A DNA stretch of 64,000 nt, taken from positions 128,001 to 192,000 of the forward strand of contig JAWLHY010000001.1 of assembly GCA_041690135.1 (NCBI GenBank), in the 5' to 3' direction. Under the pieces are notes generated by a model, which saw only the letters and a list, made by a program, of their open reading frames with translations, did not search any database and was not told the origin of the DNA. Position 1 is the stretch's first letter. Each line of letters begins with the position of its first letter. Of the stretch, positions 36,888 through 45,994 are shown in pieces. The translations under genes and the position numbers were made by a program. Source of the DNA: Armatimonadota bacterium. GTDB lineage: Bacteria; Armatimonadota; SYMT01.

Positions 36888-39842
36888 GTGGCTTTCACGC
36901 AGATGACGATCGAGCAGTTCGAGGCGCTGGTCAAGAACTACAACTGGAAGCGGAAGATCAACGCGGTGCACATGCACCACACCTGGCGCCCTAACCACGC
37001 GCAGTATCGGGGGCACGCGACCATCCAGGCGATGTGGCGCTTCCACACCCAGGTGAACGGTTGGAGCGACATCGCCCAGCACATCACCATCGCGCCCGAC
37101 GGGACGATCTGGACCGGCCGCGCCTGGAACACGCCCCCCGCAAGCGCCGCCGGGCACAACGGCAACAGCTCCGCCGGCCCGTTCATGTTCGAGATCATCG
37201 GGGATTTCGATACGGGAAAGGACCCGTTCAGGGGTCCCCAGCGCGAGACCGTGCTGCGGGTGATCGTGGCGCTGCAGAAGCGGTTCGGGCTCGCCCCGGA
37301 GACGCTCCGGTTCCACAACCAGATGTCCCCCAAGTCCTGCCCGGGCACGGCCATCAACTACCAGGCGTTCCTGAACGAGGTTCGGGATCTGCACGCGGCT
37401 CCGGCCGCGCGGGCCGCTGATGGGGGAGAAGAGGGCGGTCCGGATTGGGAGCTGATCGCCGCCGTCTCGAACGAGCGGTCGTTCGCGGACCCGGCGGACG
37501 CGGAGCCCCAGGAACACGGCACGGAAGAGTTCTTCTACGAGGCGGAAAGCCGTGGCCGGAGCGGCATGGACGTAGCGGCGCGGGGCGGTGGGGACATCGA
37601 CCTCACCGAGACCGTCCTGGACTTCCTCCGCCCCCACGTCATCAACCTGAACCAGGGGCAGTTCTCCGATGGCGGCAAGTTCCAGAGCGACGGGGGACAG
37701 GTCCGCGCGATCTTCGAGCAGCATTTGACCCAGGCGGTGGAAGACGCGGAGCGGGAAGGCAAGCTGCCGCTGCGCATCGTGTTCTACGCGCACGGGGGGC
37801 TCGTCTCCGAGTCCAACGCCCTCCGGATGGCATTCACCCACATCCAGTGGTGGAAGGCCAACCGGGAGCTCAACCGCCAGGGCGGCGGCAAGAACTACAG
37901 CGTCTACCCGCTCTACTTCGTGTGGGAGACCGGCTTCTTCGAGACGCTGGGCCAGCTCCTCTCCCGGATCCGGCTCCGCGGCCGGCGCGCCGTGCGGGAC
38001 GTGTTCGACTTTACCACGGACCCCGTGATCGAGATGGCGTCGCGGACGCTCCAGGGGCCGACGATCTGGGGCGGCATGAAGTTCAGCGCGGACCTGGCCT
38101 CCCGTCCCGAGGGCGGCGCCCGGGTCGTGGCGGAGATGCTCGCGGAGTTCTGCAGCCGGGACGAAATCCGCGGCAAGGTGGAGCTGCACGCGGTCGGCCA
38201 CAGCGCCGGCTCTATCTTCCACGCCCACTTCATCCCGGCGGTCCAGAAGGTCCTGGAGGACAAGCCCGAAACCGGCCTCACGGGCTTCAAAGAGGTCCAC
38301 TTCCTGGCGCCGGCGATCCGGGTAGACCAGTTCGAAAACCTGCTCGGCAACCGGATCGGCAACGGGCAGGCGATCGAGCGGCTGACCATGTACACCATGC
38401 GTCGCGACGTGGAGCGGGCCGACCACTGCGCGCAGGTCTACCGCAAGTCCCTCCTGTACCTCATCTACCACGCCCTGGAGCGGGACCCCCGCACCCCCAT
38501 CCTGGGGCTGGAGGAGTCGCTCTGGAAAGACCCGGATCTGCGTCGCCTCTTCGGCCTGACGGGCGGTGGGAGCCCGGGGGAGGTCATCTGGTCCCCATCG
38601 CCGTCGGAAGAGGGGCGCTCCGCCAGCCGGTCCCGCACGCACGGCGGCTTCGACAACGACGCCCCCACCATGAACAGCATCCTGCGGCGAGTGTGCGGGC
38701 TCGACGATAACGACCCGATCCACTCCTTCCCGGAGAAGCGCGAGCGGTCGCTCAACGAGTGGGAAGGCCAGGTGGACTGGCCGGAAGAGCTGGCCTTCAT
38801 GAGCGAGGCCCCCGGCGACCGGGACGGGGGGCAGGAAGGGGGTCCGGGCATCGGCCCCTTCCGCGGTGAAGCCGGCGCCCGCTCCGTGACCGGCACGCGC
38901 CGCGCGCTGTGCGTGGGGATCGACGAGTACCCCACCGCCCCGCTGGGGGGCTGCGTGGCCGACGCCCGGCTCTGGAGGGAGACGCTCGCCCGGCACCGTT
39001 TCGCGGAGATCCAGACCCTCTTCAACGGCGAGGCCACCCGCGGCGCGATCCTGGACCGGCTCCGGGCGCTGATCGCCGCCAGCCGGGCGGGCGACGTGGT
39101 GGTGTTCCAGTTCGCCGGGCACGGCACGCAGGCCCGCGACATGACGGGAGATGAGGCGGACGGCGACACGCCCGGCCTCGACGAAGCGATCTGTCCACAC
39201 GACTTCGGCGACGGCCGGCTCCTGATCGATGACGACCTGGCCGAGGTGTTCCGCTCGGCCCCGGCCGGCGTGGGCATCACCTGCTTCATCGACTGCTGCC
39301 ACTCCGGCACCATCACGCGGTTCGCCGTGGGCGGCCCCACGGGAGCCGCCTCCGGAGAGAAAGCGCGGTACCTGAAGCTCACGCCCGAACAGATGGCCGC
39401 CCACGTGCGGTTCCGCCGCGGGCTCGGCCGGTCGCGAGCCACCACCCACCGCGGCCCCCAGGAAATGCGCGAAGTGGTGTTCTCCGCCTGCAGGTCCGAC
39501 GAGGTCGCCCTGGAAAGCAACGGAAACGGCCACTTCACGGTCCGCGCCACCCGCGTGCTGCAGATGGGCGCCGACGGGATCACCAACCAGGAGTTCTACC
39601 GCCGCGTGCTGGAAGCGTTCGGTCCCGCCCCGCGGCAGCATCCGGTCCTGGACTGCTCGCCGGCCTCCCAGGAGTTCCTCCTGCTGGCCCCGGTAGCCGG
39701 CGGCACCCCGGCGTCCCCGGCGTCTCCCTCGAGTACGCCCTCGACCGCCGGATCTCCGCCCCGCGCCGACGGCGCATCCGGTGATCTGGAAGCCCTCTCC
39801 CGCGCCCTCCGCGCCGCCGCGGACGCCCTTCAGCGCCCGTAG
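36888..39842 (+). CDS. Fusion of amidase_2 (PGRP-like), alpha/beta hydrolase and C14 caspase/metacaspase
   Basis: Amidase 'HMHHTW...WSDIAQH...FHNQMSPKSCPG'; hydrolase 'AHGGL' and 'GHSAG'; caspase 'FAGHG' and 'DCCHSG'. GAGGAGG RBS before GTG 36888. Confidence 0.8.
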   Translation: MAFTQMTIEQFEALVKNYNWKRKINAVHMHHTWRPNHAQYRGHATIQAMWRFHTQVNGWSDIAQHITIAPDGTIWTGRAWNTPPASAAGHNGNSSAGPFMFEIIGDFDTGKDPFRGPQRETVLRVIVALQKRFGLAPETLRFHNQMSPKSCPGTAINYQAFLNEVRDLHAAPAARAADGGEEGGPDWELIAAVSNERSFADPADAEPQEHGTEEFFYEAESRGRSGMDVAARGGGDIDLTETVLDFLRPHVINLNQGQFSDGGKFQSDGGQVRAIFEQHLTQAVEDAEREGKLPLRIVFYAHGGLVSESNALRMAFTHIQWWKANRELNRQGGGKNYSVYPLYFVWETGFFETLGQLLSRIRLRGRRAVRDVFDFTTDPVIEMASRTLQGPTIWGGMKFSADLASRPEGGARVVAEMLAEFCSRDEIRGKVELHAVGHSAGSIFHAHFIPAVQKVLEDKPETGLTGFKEVHFLAPAIRVDQFENLLGNRIGNGQAIERLTMYTMRRDVERADHCAQVYRKSLLYLIYHALERDPRTPILGLEESLWKDPDLRRLFGLTGGGSPGEVIWSPSPSEEGRSASRSRTHGGFDNDAPTMNSILRRVCGLDDNDPIHSFPEKRERSLNEWEGQVDWPEELAFMSEAPGDRDGGQEGGPGIGPFRGEAGARSVTGTRRALCVGIDEYPTAPLGGCVADARLWRETLARHRFAEIQTLFNGEATRGAILDRLRALIAASRAGDVVVFQFAGHGTQARDMTGDEADGDTPGLDEAICPHDFGDGRLLIDDDLAEVFRSAPAGVGITCFIDCCHSGTITRFAVGGPTGAASGEKARYLKLTPEQMAAHVRFRRGLGRSRATTHRGPQEMREVVFSACRSDEVALESNGNGHFTVRATRVLQMGADGITNQEFYRRVLEAFGPAPRQHPVLDCSPASQEFLLLAPVAGGTPASPASPSSTPSTAGSPPRADGASGDLEALSRALRAAADALQRP

Positions 39843-40033
39843 CGCACTCCCGGCAATCACGCAGCGCACAGGCAAGGCCCGCGCCACCCGGCACGGGCCT
39901 TGCCTGTTGGCCCCTCTCCTCTGTGGCCGCCGGGGTGCGCATCCGTGTTGCGTCGCGGTAGAACAGTTCCTCCGAAAGGCCCACGGGAGGCAGTGGTCAC
40001 CTTCGCCGACGGACATCCGGCGAAAGCGCACTC

Positions 40034-40063
40034 TTGACGCCCGTTCGGTCCGCTGTCTATAAT
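40034..40063 (+). promoter_or_regulatory. Sigma70 promoter for the tRNA
   Basis: TTGACG-N18-TATAAT. Confidence 0.75.
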
Positions 40064-40102
40064 GTGGCGTCGCTGGGGACCACCCCCAGTAGCCCCACCC
40101 GA

Positions 40103-40128
40103 GGGCCTGTGGCTCAGTTGGGAGAGCG
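40103..40128 (+). repeat. Exact copy of the first 26 nt of tRNA-Ala
   Basis: GGGCCTGTGGCTCAGTTGGGAGAGCG, identical to 40180-40205. Confidence 0.85.
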
Positions 40129-40179
40129 TCCATCCGGAAGTTCCGGGGATCGCCAGCTATCACCATGACAACCAGATAA

Positions 40180-40252
40180 GGGCCTGTGGCTCAGTTGGGA
40201 GAGCGCCGCGTTCGCATCGCGGAGGTCAGGGGTTCGAATCCCCTCAGGTCCA
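40180..40252 (+). tRNA. tRNA-Ala(CGC)
   Basis: Full cloverleaf with anticodon loop TTCGCAT, G3:U70 pair and GGTTCGAATCC T-arm; CCA not encoded. Confidence 0.95.
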
Positions 40253-42241
40253 TCATTGTAAGACCCGCACCGTCAGGTGCGGGTCTTTTTGCATTGTCGG
40301 GGCCGCGGTGTACCGGTTGCATAACCTTTGGGGTTGTGGAGGGATGCCTCCTACCCCTACGTCTGGCTGGTTCGAGGGACGAAGGGGCTTGCCCAGCAGC
40401 GACTTCCATATCGGGATCTGCTCCAGCGTTAACAAGCCCAAGGCCTCCTTCTCCAGTTCCTGGCGGGCCTGGAGCATCCTCTGGCGGAGGGCGCCGGGGT
40501 TGCCGGTCGCCATCGCCTGGCTCTGGAACGCCTCCATCTGCTGTTGCAGCCGTCGCATGATCTCCTGGAATTGCTGTCGCTGCTCCGGCGTCAGGCCCAG
40601 GGCCGTGCCCACGCGCGGATCGCCCAGCGCGAAAGCCCCCTGCTGCTGCAGCTCGATCTCCCACAGCCGGCCCTGCTGCGCCGGGGTCAACAGTTGCTGC
40701 AGAACATTCCGCAGCCTCCGATCCGCGGTGGGACGGTACTCCTGGATCCTTGCGCCGGGATCGGGCCGTGGTCCGCCCTGGAACAGGTCCCGCAGCTCGC
40801 CACGGATCTCGGCCAGGGTGGGGCGCAGGCGCTCTCTCTGAACGGGCGTAAGCCGCAGGTCCGATTGGACTGCCGGCAGATCGATCAGGAACGCGGTACC
40901 CAGAAGCTCGTGCAGCGGCGGCAGACCTCCGGGATCGGCGGCGGTGGAGGTGAGGCCGGCGTAGGGCCTTCCGAGGAAGCCGTAGCGGACCTCCGTGTTC
41001 ACATTCAGGTTGCGGCCCGCCGGCAATCGTGCCACCAGGGGCTCCCCGCCGTTCCCACCGGAGGTCCAGCGCAGGACCTCTTTCCCCTGGGCCGCCAGTG
41101 CGAGGTGCTGGATGCGAGCCCCCTCGAACTTAAGGAAACCTTCCCACTTCAGGCGAATGGTGTGGTGGAAGACGGCGCCGTCCGGTCGGGGGGCCGGCAC
41201 CGCGGCCACATCCGAAACGCCGTCCACCCGGTAAAGGTCGGGTGTCCCCGGCGTCCGCGTGGCCCACAGCTCGTAGCACTGCGTCTTTCCGTCAGCTTCC
41301 GTGGCGCCCGCCAGCGGCTGCACGTCGAGCTCTCCCAGGTAGGCGCGGGAGACGCACTGTCGCGCGAAAGCATCGGGGAGCCGCACGCGCTGTTCCCCGG
41401 CGCCCCGCAGCGTTTCGGCCACCCGCACCTGCAGCTCGGTCGTCACCTCGAAGCGGTCCTGTGCGTAGTCTTCCTGGTTGACCGGGTTGGCCACAAGGGA
41501 TCCCCGGGCGTCCACGGCCCTCCCGAACACCTGGACGTCCAGCGTTCCCGCGGGGAGCCGGCGCTCCGCGGGGCAGGGGGTGCCCTCGTGGTCCTGGGGG
41601 AGCGGCCGGATCGCTGGTGCAGCGGGGAGGTCTCCCACGGAGACCGTGGGATAGCGTTGGAACCGGCGGGTCGCGAAGGGGGCACTGCCGTCTGGGTGCG
41701 CGCGGAACCATCGCCGGGTCTCGTCGAGGAACGCCTGGACCTTTGCCTCGTTCTCGAACGTCAGGCTCCAGGCCAGCACCTGCCCGTCCCCGTTGAGGAC
41801 CGCCAGCCCCTGGGGCGCAGGAGCGGAGCGGCCGGCGGCGGCGAGCACTCGCCCCTCGGGATCGGAAGGCGGCCGGTGCAGGCGGACGGCGCCGACCGAG
41901 ACGGGAATGAACTCCGCGTTGACGCGGCGGATCACGGTGGGATCGCTGAACACCGCCTCACGGACGGCGCCCGCGAACACTCAACAGCGTTCCTCCTGGG
42001 GGTCCGCATTGATGAAGGCCCACAGCAGCACCGGCTTCTGCTGCTCGCGGGCCTCACGCAGTCCCTGCAGCAGGCACTTCCGCCAGGCGATCGCCCGCCA
42101 CGTGAGCTTCGGCGGACTTAGCGCCTCGATCTCCGCGGTGAGTGAGGCGAGCGTCTTCTCCGGCGCAGTGGGTCCGGCCAGCGGCGCTCCCAGCCCAACC
42201 CCGGCCACCGCAATCAGTCCGATCCAACCCAGGGCGCGCAT
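40253..42241 (-). CDS. Putative secreted thioredoxin-like selenoprotein (C-U motif, TGA 41981-41983)
   Basis: Abutting in-frame ORFs join as 'AREQQKPVLLWAFINADPQEERC-U-VFAGAVREAVFSDPTVIRRVNAEFIPV'. It has a signal peptide and a C-terminal Spy/CpxP-like 'LGLTPEQRQQ' region. The exact 3' end is uncertain. Confidence 0.65.
40260..40290 (+). terminator. Rho-independent terminator
   Basis: AAGACCCGCAC-CGTCAG-GTGCGGGTCTT followed by T residues. Confidence 0.8.
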
Positions 42242-42262
42242 AACCCCTCCTTGAGTTTCCCG

Positions 42263-43231
42263 TCAGCCCATCGGTCCGTGGAGGACGACCGGCTCCTCCG
42301 CCGGACCGGCCGGCGGACGCGGTACCAGGATCTCCTCCAGTTCCCGCCGGGCGGAGGCGATCCCTCCGGCTTCCGCGGCGACCTGGCGGGCTGCGGAGGC
42401 CAGGGTGGCAAAGGCATGGGGTTCGGCCGAACGCAACTGCAGGGCCACCAGGCCTTCCCGCAAGGCGTGCATCTGTGCTTCCAGCTCGTTCCGCAGCGCC
42501 TCGTTCCGCTGCGCCATCAGGGCCGATTGCTCGTGGGCTTCCACCCGGTATAGAATGGCGCGCGCCCGCCGCTCGATCGACTCCGCCGTGACCCGGTCGG
42601 GTTGGCGGCCCGCCTCCTCCAGGAGCGCGGCCGCCTCGCAGCGCAGGGCCGGCGTGTCCAGCGCCCGGTGCTCCAGGGGGGGAAGGGTGCTCAGCGTCTC
42701 GGCCAGGGCCCGCAGCGCCTCCCGCAGGTTCTCTTCCGCCTCCACCGGGACCGGCATCCGCACCGCATCCCTTACCAGCTCCAGGTACTGCCGGTGCATC
42801 GGGTCCTGCACCTTTTCCAGCAGGCGGTTGACTTCATCTTCACCCAGCGGTCGGTTGACGACCCGCCGGAACAGCGCGCGTGCTCCCAGGCCGCCCAGGG
42901 TCAACGCGGGAAACGGTGCTCCCAGGAGCAGGGCCGGCAGGATCGTGTCCGGGTCTATCCCGGCGCTTTTGCTCAGGAGGCCGCCGACCATCAGGGTCGC
43001 TGCCCAGACCGTTACGCCTATCCCGCTGCCGAGGGCGATGAGCGTGGTCGCTCCGGCGGGCACCACGCTGGCGGCCTCCTTCTCCGAGAGACAGGTGCCG
43101 CGGCCCACCCAGCGCTCCAGCCAGCCCAGGCGGGGTGGGGGAGGATCGGCCCCCAGCCGGGCGGAGTTATCGCGCGCCTGCACCAGGCGCACCTCCCAGA
43201 ACAGCCCCAGGTCGCGTGGAAGCAGCTTCAT
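42263..43231 (-). CDS. Hypothetical membrane protein with coiled-coil C-terminus
   Basis: Two hydrophobic helices followed by a helical Ala/Glu/Arg-rich region. Confidence 0.65.
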   Translation of the reverse strand: MKLLPRDLGLFWEVRLVQARDNSARLGADPPPPRLGWLERWVGRGTCLSEKEAASVVPAGATTLIALGSGIGVTVWAATLMVGGLLSKSAGIDPDTILPALLLGAPFPALTLGGLGARALFRRVVNRPLGEDEVNRLLEKVQDPMHRQYLELVRDAVRMPVPVEAEENLREALRALAETLSTLPPLEHRALDTPALRCEAAALLEEAGRQPDRVTAESIERRARAILYRVEAHEQSALMAQRNEALRNELEAQMHALREGLVALQLRSAEPHAFATLASAARQVAAEAGGIASARRELEEILVPRPPAGPAEEPVVLHGPMG

Positions 43232-44040
43232 AACGCTCGGTTCCCACCGCGGGGGTCATCCGCGACGGACCTCCTGACATTCAGAACGCGAAAGTACCCC
43301 AGGAGTTTCGCCGCGCTCCCCCGGTCAGGTGCCAGCTTCTGCCCCTGGATAACCGCAGCCGATCTTAAGACGGTGCCGCGAAAGGTAGCACAGGGGCGTG
43401 TCCCCGTCGGTCACGGCGCGAACAAACTGCCAACCGCACCCACCCCCGATCACGGCCCGGCCCCGTCCTACCTCCCGCACTCGCGGCCCTGGCTAACCGA
43501 ATCCAACCCCAAAAACGGTGCCGCCTCTTTGCGATGCTGGCTTCCCGTCCCGCCGCCGATCACCGTGCCTCCGCTGCGCTGCGGCACTCCAAAAGCCTTA
43601 CTTTTCCTCTTCGCGTTCTTGGCGCACCCCGAGGGGGTGTAAATCTTGGCGGTTCAAGTCGGTTCGCAAGCACTGAAGATCCGGCGAAGGCTATATCCCG
43701 ATCCCTATCCGTATCAGGATCACGGTTGGCTGACGGGTGCGTGGGCAATCTCTGGGGAAGGGACAGCGACCGTTCCCCTACGCCCCACATATCGCATTCG
43801 GAGGTGTGGAACACCGTGCGGGACTCACAGCCAGGGTGCGCTTCTCCTATGCAACGGAGAAATGCCGAGCGCCCAGACCGTAGGAACGATTACACGCTTG
43901 AAGTAGGTCATCCGCACCAATACAGGGCAGGCACGGCCCTAGCTCCGCCGGATGTACGGCACACCCGTGCAGTTCGAGGTCCCAGTACCCGCCTGCAAAT
44001 CCCAGTCAATCCCACGTAATTCCTGCGGAGAGCTCGCTTC

Positions 44041-44287
44041 TCACAGCTCACGCCTCACGCGCTCGCAGGTGCTGCTGCCACACCCATCCAGCCTCTGCCC
44101 AGACCTCACGCATCACGCATCACTTTCGTGACCGAGGCAGGCATCTTGCATTCCACCGCGCCCATCGCACGTGTCCACCCCTTACGCATCACGCATTACG
44201 CCCCACGTCCGAGGCGTAATCCCTGCCCCCGCAGCCGCCTCGCACGTAAGCCTCACGTTTCACGCATCACGGATCACGCATCACGTC
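44041..44287. repeat. Four clusters of TCACGCA-type heptamer repeats
   Basis: Clusters near 44041, 44105, 44182 and 44252, separated by unique sequence. Confidence 0.7.
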
Positions 44288-44313
44288 CCGCCCCTGGGGT
44301 AAAATAGGTTGTA

Positions 44314-45216
44314 ATGGGATCCACCGATTCTGGGGAGAGGCAGCCGATGAACCTGACGGCACTGGACCACGCCGACAGCCTGGCACAGGCGAAGATGCAC
44401 TATGCCCGCTGGGGTCACCAGGGGCCGCGGGTGCTGTTCGTGCATCCCATCGGGTTCGACCACACCACCTGGGACCGCGTGGTGCCGCATTTCCAGAAGC
44501 AATATCAGATGGCGGCCGTGGACCTGCCCGGGCACGGTAAGAGTGACAAGCCGTCGGCGGTTGACTATGGGGTACGCTCGCTCGGCGCGCGGCTGGTGCG
44601 GCTCCTGGACGAGCTGGAGTGGGAAGATGCCATCCTGGTGGGCAACAGCATCGGGGGCGGGGTCTCCCTGGCGGCCGCGCTCCAGGCCCCGGAGCGGGTG
44701 CGGGGTCTGGCCCTGTTCAACACGGTTGCCTACCGTCGCGGTCTGCCGCCGGTGGGGCGCCTCGCGTTCATGCCGATGGTCCCCCTGGTGAGCTGTTATG
44801 CGCCGCCGGTGTTCCGGCGGGTGGGGCTCGACTTCGCGCGCCACGGATGGGGGAAGGTGTCGCAAGACCGGTGCGATCAGGCCGGTCGCTACCTGCGGGA
44901 GCCGGAGGGGCGGACCGCCTTTTTCCGGACCCTCCGCCAGCTTTACGGTCCCGACCTCGAGGTTCTGGCGCCGCATTACCGCGAGATCCACTGTCCCACG
45001 TTGGTGGCCCACGGCGTCACCGATCCGCTGATCCGGCTCTGGCACGCGGAGCAGTTGGCCTCCGATATCCCCACGGCGGAGCTGGTGCGGCTCCCGCAGT
45101 GCGGTCACTTCCCACAGGAAGAGCGCCCGCGCGAGGTGACCGAGCTGTTAGCGCCGTTCCTGGAGCGCGTCAGCACTGGGCAATCCGGGCGATCGCTCTC
45201 GCCCGCTGCGCCATAG
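44314..45216 (+). CDS. Alpha/beta fold hydrolase
   Basis: 'DLPGHGKS', 'GNSIGG' and 'GHFPQEE'; the start may be 44348. Confidence 0.9.
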   Translation: MGSTDSGERQPMNLTALDHADSLAQAKMHYARWGHQGPRVLFVHPIGFDHTTWDRVVPHFQKQYQMAAVDLPGHGKSDKPSAVDYGVRSLGARLVRLLDELEWEDAILVGNSIGGGVSLAAALQAPERVRGLALFNTVAYRRGLPPVGRLAFMPMVPLVSCYAPPVFRRVGLDFARHGWGKVSQDRCDQAGRYLREPEGRTAFFRTLRQLYGPDLEVLAPHYREIHCPTLVAHGVTDPLIRLWHAEQLASDIPTAELVRLPQCGHFPQEERPREVTELLAPFLERVSTGQSGRSLSPAAP

Positions 45217-45328
45217 CACAGTGAACCGCCCCCTCCTTCCAGGGGAGAATACGGTTAGATCCGGTGGCGACGCCACCCCGGTGTGGGGTAACGGCAGGCG
45301 CCCGGAGCAGAGCCGAAGGAGGGGACGG

Positions 45329-45973
45329 ATGGCCAACGTGTTGACCGTGGTGTGGTTCGTGATCGCCTACGTGCTGGCGCAAACGAGCCTGATGTTCTGG
45401 GCCGCCATGATGTTTCCGGCCCGGGTGGAGCGCGCGCGGGAGCGGGTCGAGAACCGTCCCGCAAAGTGCTTCTTTAGCGGCCTTCTGGTGTGGGGGCTCC
45501 ACTTCCTGGTGGCCATGGCCTTCATCAAAGAAGGCAATCCGGGGCCGCTGCAGCTCTTCGGCTGGATCACCCTCGCTCCGATGCTGGCGGGCTCGGTCCT
45601 GGGCGGCGGCGCCTTCGCGGAGATCGTCGCGGAGCGGATTCGGCAGCGCTCCGGCAGCACCGCCGTCGTTCCCACCCTGCTCGGCGGCGCGCTGGCCACC
45701 ACCCTGGGCGGCCTGATGCCGGTCATCGGCTGGTTCGTCTTCTTCCCGCTGGTGAGCTTCATCGCCGTCGGCGCCGGCTACCCGGCCCTGTTCCGCCCGC
45801 GCCAGCCGAAGAAGGCCGCCGTCCAGGACGCTCGCCTGGAGGAGTTCGCGCCGGTGGCATCCGCCGGTGCGCCCACGGTGCCCGCCGGTCTCACCGTCTC
45901 CACGGCTTCCGGTCCGGCCGCCTACGAGGGCTCCGAGTTCACGGCTCCCGGATCGTTTTCCTCTCACGCATAA
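45329..45973 (+). CDS. Hypothetical multi-pass membrane protein
   Basis: AGGAGG RBS and 4-5 TM helices; directly upstream of DUF1800. Confidence 0.7.
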   Translation: MANVLTVVWFVIAYVLAQTSLMFWAAMMFPARVERARERVENRPAKCFFSGLLVWGLHFLVAMAFIKEGNPGPLQLFGWITLAPMLAGSVLGGGAFAEIVAERIRQRSGSTAVVPTLLGGALATTLGGLMPVIGWFVFFPLVSFIAVGAGYPALFRPRQPKKAAVQDARLEEFAPVASAGAPTVPAGLTVSTASGPAAYEGSEFTAPGSFSSHA

Positions 45974-45994
45974 ACCAACGGACTAGCACGGACG

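Noticed and set aside
36849-40166. 1105-aa minus-strand ORF, and similar long antisense ORFs (1960-3774, 30719-32599, 53067-54605, 54523-57096)
   Set aside because: These are shadow frames of well-supported opposite-strand genes in high-GC DNA and carry no recognisable motifs.
44041-44287. Possible CRISPR array
   Set aside because: The repeats are degenerate heptamer clusters of variable length rather than identical 23-47-nt repeats, and no cas genes are present.
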